Origin: the human T2T-CHM13v2.0 reference genome, Homo sapiens | Assembly: GCF_009914755.1 (NCBI RefSeq) | Contig: NC_060944.1 | Reading direction: 5' to 3' (one strand) | Length of the DNA: 64,000 nt | Shown here: positions 57,481 to 64,000 of the stretch, in pieces | How the letters are laid out: every line of letters begins with the position of its first letter | How positions within the stretch are numbered: the first letter of the stretch is position 1 | The notes under the pieces: model-generated | Told to the model about the DNA's origin: nothing | The model's database searches: none | What the model saw: the letters and a program-made list of their open reading frames with translations, nothing else | Translations under genes and position numbers: made by a program

Positions 57481-58427
57481 TAAAGACACCTTTCCTAATT
57501 TACTCCCGTATTATAAACGGGATAATAAACTCCTGATTCAAGAAAAATAGGGGCTTTGTCCATCCTCCTAATTACATGAAGATCTAAGGAGTAATGCCCC
57601 GATTTACATTCCTGGCAAAATGACAAAGTTAAAAAAACACTCCCATGGCAACTATCGGTGCTAATAAGTCAAGCTCAGTTAACACAAATGGTTCTATTTT
57701 TCCCTTCATAAACTGTGCCTTTGCGTGTGAACAAGCACTGTTGACCTTCAACTAAGCTGAAAATCCTATTTTATGTCTGTTAACCCCAAAACTTTCTAAA
57801 CCTCTCCAAAATGTCTAGGAGTGATCACGATTAGATAATAACCAGATTAAAGTAACTAGAGGTCAGAATTGTGAACTCAAAACGAGGACGACCTAGAAAT
57901 GGCTAAGCCTGGGCAGGCTGCTTCTCCCCAGCACCCTGCTGAAAGACAGTGCTTAATGAAGGGGGTGGAAAGAATGAACAAAAGGGGCTTAGAAATCCTG
58001 CAACCTGGCCCCCCATTGGCAATGGAAGACACAGAGGGGAAACAGAGTCTTATCCCCAGTTGGAGGCAGCCCCAGAACCAGAACCCATACTGGTCTCATT
58101 TCTCCTAGAGACAGTTAAAGGGATAATGCCAGGATATGCACACAGGGCACATGTAGTACCTATTCTGAGCTGTGCTGAGCCAGATGCTGTGAAGCTACAC
58201 ACATTAAGCTCCCCTCCACAACCTCAAGGAGCCAACAAGACTAGCAAACCCCTAAAACCTAGCTAGGACAAGTGTTTCCAGAGAGCTGGAATACAAACGG
58301 ATGCCGATTTTTAAACAAGAACCCTATAGGGTAAAATCAGAAAGAGTTATTTAAGGCTATTATCTAAGTATGATGCAAAAGTCTCCAATTTAATACTACT
58401 AGAGCAAAACTAAGAAATTAATGCAAA

Positions 58428-58745
<318 letters not shown>

Positions 58746-58753
58746 AGAAATTA

Positions 58754-58984
<231 letters not shown>

Positions 58985-59219
58985 CTAAATATATGAAAAA
59001 AATATTAAAATATAGAGACAATAATATTGGAAAATCTTCTATTCCAAATTTTACTTTTCTTTTTAATTCAAAGGTGGCAGCTGATTGTTCCAAGCATTAT
59101 TTTAGCAGACAAGCAAATAAGAAATCTATAAAATACTTTAAACAAAATCATGTTCTGACAGATTTTTATTCATCTTTAAGAAAAATGTTTCCTATGAAAC
59201 TTTAGAGTTTGAAAAATGA

Positions 59220-59930
59220 GACTTCTAATTTGAAAATTAAACCAAGAAAAACAATCTGCAAATAACACTTAGTTCTCCAATACATCATAAAATTACCAGG
59301 CAAATGGGGAAAATATGTATAACATTTATTAAAGTGTTCACGTCCTTGATATAAAAATACTGTTATAAATCACCAGGAAAGAGAGACAGATACAAGACTG
59401 GAAAAACTGGCAAAAAAAACCACAATAAGCCAAACAAAATATAAATGGCCAAAAGAATCATTAAAAAGTACTCAAACTCACTAGGTATCAAAGAAAAGCA
59501 AAATAAACATAGTGATTCCATTCTTCACTCAAATTGGCATAAAAAAGAAAAAATGTTTTATTATGGCAATACTTCCCAGTGTGTTAACCTGAATGCAGGA
59601 GGTCTCTGGCATGTATGTTAGGTATGTGTTAAAGTCTTAGAAATGCAAATGATATGCCTTCCAACAATTTAGTCTAAAGAAATAATCAGGAAAATGCACT
59701 CAGATTTAGGTACAATGCTGTTCACCACTGTATTATGTCCACCACAGCAGAAAATGGCTCATAAGCTAAATACCTAATAGAAGGATTTGTCAAATAAAAC
59801 ATGATGTATTCAGCACAAATGAGCTACAAATAAAGGACTATTTAGTCACATATCTAAGATACATTGCTAAGTAAAAAACAGGCTTAAATACCCTCTGTAT
59901 AATCTCTACTTTGAAAAAAATAGTTATATA
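59220..59930 (+). mobile_element. Old L1 (L1ME-like) fragment
   Basis: ataaatggcc...ctcaaactcactaggtatcaaagaaaagcaaa; tacaatgctgttcaccac. Confidence 0.6.
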
Positions 59931-59949
59931 TATTGTATATATGCACATT

Positions 59950-60262
59950 TTACTTTCTTTTTCTTTTCTTTTTTTTTTTTGAGACGGGGTCTCATTCTGT
60001 GGCCCAGGCTAGACTGCAGTGGCACAATCTCGGCTCACTGCAACCTCCGCCTCCCAGTTCAAGTGATCCTCCTGTGTCAGCTTCCCTAATAGCTGGGATT
60101 ACAGGTGGCTGCCACCACACCCGGCTAATTTTTTGTTTTTAGTAGAGATGGGGTTTCACCATGTTGGCCAGGCTGGTCTCAAACTCCCAACCTCAGGTGA
60201 TCCACCCACCTCGGCCTCCCAAAGGGCTGGGTGATTACCGGTGTGAGCCACCGCGCCCAGCC
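59950..60262 (-). mobile_element. Alu (AluSx-like)
   Basis: Reverse dimer; tttactttc duplication. Confidence 0.95.
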
Positions 60263-60853
60263 ACAGTTTACTTTCAAATATAACCAGATAAAAGAATATT
60301 CAATGAGTAAAATAAGCTACTTTATGTATACGCGTTCCACCACAATCCTAATATTCCTTAATCTCTCTAAGACAGGACACCAGTCCCGATATTTTTCCAC
60401 TAATTCTGACCTTAGTTCTAACCAATAGCTTCATATACATCAACAGTATATTTAGATTTAGTGGTCTCTATATGACAGTTCCTAAAATAGCTGTGAATTT
60501 CCTACATATTCTTCTCAATCCATTTCCTACTGCAAAAAGGCAGACACAAAAATTTCTGAGAAATGACAGATGATCTCCAAACACCCTGCTCTATCTTTGC
60601 TCTCTGCATAGACCAGGGACAACCCTACATACCCAAGGGCAAGTCAATAGCATAATCATTCAATTTCTCAGGAGAACTGCATCACAGGTCATATTACGTT
60701 AAAAGAAAGTGCACGAACAGACCTAATACATTTGTCATCAAAGTGACACATAAGGACCTGTAAGTTAGCAATACGCACATTTCCATCCCATTCAGTCAAC
60801 TATGAAAAGGCTTTAAAAGCAGTATAAATATCTGAATTTTAGTTTATTTATAG

Positions 60854-61012
60854 CAATGGTGCTCAGCTCTGGCTGTACCCTGGAATCACCTGGAAGTGCT
60901 CGGGCTGAATTTCTCATCAACTGCATCCTGGTCTCATGGATGTGGCCAGCATCCGTAGTTTTTTAAAGTTTCCCAGGTGATCGCAATTTGCTGTCGAGGT
61001 TGAGGACCACTG
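60854..61012 (+). mobile_element. MER5 family (MER5B/MER5A1-like) hAT MITE
   Basis: caatggtgctcagctctggctgtaccctggaatcacctgg...ccaggtgat...ggttgaggaccactg, with terminal inverted repeats. Confidence 0.8.
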
Positions 61013-61063
61013 ACATGAAGCATATTTTTCAAACAACAGATAATGAATGTTCCATGGGAGTGA

Positions 61064-61722
<659 letters not shown>

Positions 61723-62254
61723 CGATGGCAATTTCTTAATTTGAAAAAATGGAATGAAGTAGACTAGACTAGGCTGGAAGAAATTATCATAATGTACTGC
61801 TCCTTATGCAGATAAACATTGTCTCAAGAAATTTTTCAGTTAAAAATATGTAATTCTTGGCAATACTACCCAAACTGATCTTCAGATTCAATGCACTCAC
61901 TCTCAAAATCCCATCTGCCTTTTTGGCAAAAATTGACAAGCCGATCCTGAAATTCTTATGGAAATACACAGGACCCAGAATAGTCAAAACAATCTTGAAA
62001 AACAACAAAATTGGAGGACTCCCACTACCCCATTTCAAAAGTAATATGAAGCTATACTAATTAAGACAGTGTGGTATAAGTACATACAAAGATACTAGGA
62101 TAAGGGTAGCCATATAGATTAACAGAATACAATTGAGAATCCAGAAATAAACCTAAATATGTGATTTTCAAAAAAGGGCATCAGGACAACGTAATGGGGG
62201 GTAGAGTCATCCTTTAAACAAATGGTGATGAGACAACCGAAAGTCCAAATGTGT

Positions 62255-62550
<296 letters not shown>

Positions 62551-62795
62551 GTCCACATGTAAAACAATGAAGGTGGACCCCTACCTCAAACATTAAAATC
62601 GATCAGAGACCCAACTTTAAGAGCTAAAACTATAAAATTCTTAGAAGAAAACTGAGAGGGGGTAAATCTTTATGACCTTGGGTTAGGCAGTGGTTTCTAA
62701 GATATGACACCAAAATCACAAGCAAAAAAAGAAAAACAGACACATAGAGACTTTAACAAAAATTAAAACTTTCTTAACTGCAAAAGACACAAGCA

Positions 62796-63502
<707 letters not shown>

Positions 63503-63551
63503 TTACGACTCAACAATATAAAGACAAGTAACCTAATTAAATGGGCAAAGA

Positions 63552-63702
63552 AAGCTGGATGACCCAGCACATGCCTCTAGTCCAGCTACTCAGGAGCCTG
63601 AGGCAGGAGTATCTCTTGGAATCTGAGGCTGCAGTGAGCTATGATCACTCTTATTAAGAAGCCACTGCACTCCAGACTGGGCAACATAGCAAGACCCAGT
63701 CT
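63552..63702 (+). mobile_element. Diverged FRAM-like monomer
   Basis: Right-arm-like sequence. Confidence 0.75.

Positions 63703-64000
<298 letters not shown>

Noticed and set aside
61857-62060. L1 ORF2-like peptide as a functional or domesticated gene
   Set aside because: Short, frameshifted and interrupted by Alus; a fossil.

Overview
Human/primate genomic DNA lying entirely inside SLC23A2 (SVCT2, sodium-dependent vitamin C transporter 2), transcribed on the minus strand. Two exons are visible: a 127-nt non-coding 5'UTR exon (50350-50224) and a 262-nt exon (12146-11885) carrying the start codon and the first 36 codons ([36 protein letters not shown]). They are separated by a ~38-kb intron. 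The rest is intronic and repeat-rich. By eye there are about 74 Alu/FLAM/FRAM copies (about 51 plus-strand, i.e. antisense to the gene), old L1 and L2 fragments, MIRs, hAT DNA-transposon fossils (MER3, MER5, MER20, MER30, MER33, MER58) and microsatellites. Nearly all ORFs in the track are Alu-derived or chance ORFs. I found no new multi-gene system. The best leads are regulatory: (1) four upstream AUGs in the spliced leader, covering all three frames, including a strong-context uORF whose stop is the last 3 nt of exon 2 and a 40-codon uORF that exists only after splicing; (2) all long (CA)n tracts read (UG)n on the pre-mRNA, and several sit next to cryptic splice sites, as in TDP-43-repressed cryptic exons; (3) retrotransposition oddities, including three sites with triplicated target-site duplications (TSDs), a TSD-bounded Alu monomer with a non-standard 3' end, closely spaced inverted Alus and a nested AT-rich palindrome. 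Repeat boundaries and subfamily calls are by-eye approximations; exon numbering follows my recollection of the main transcript.
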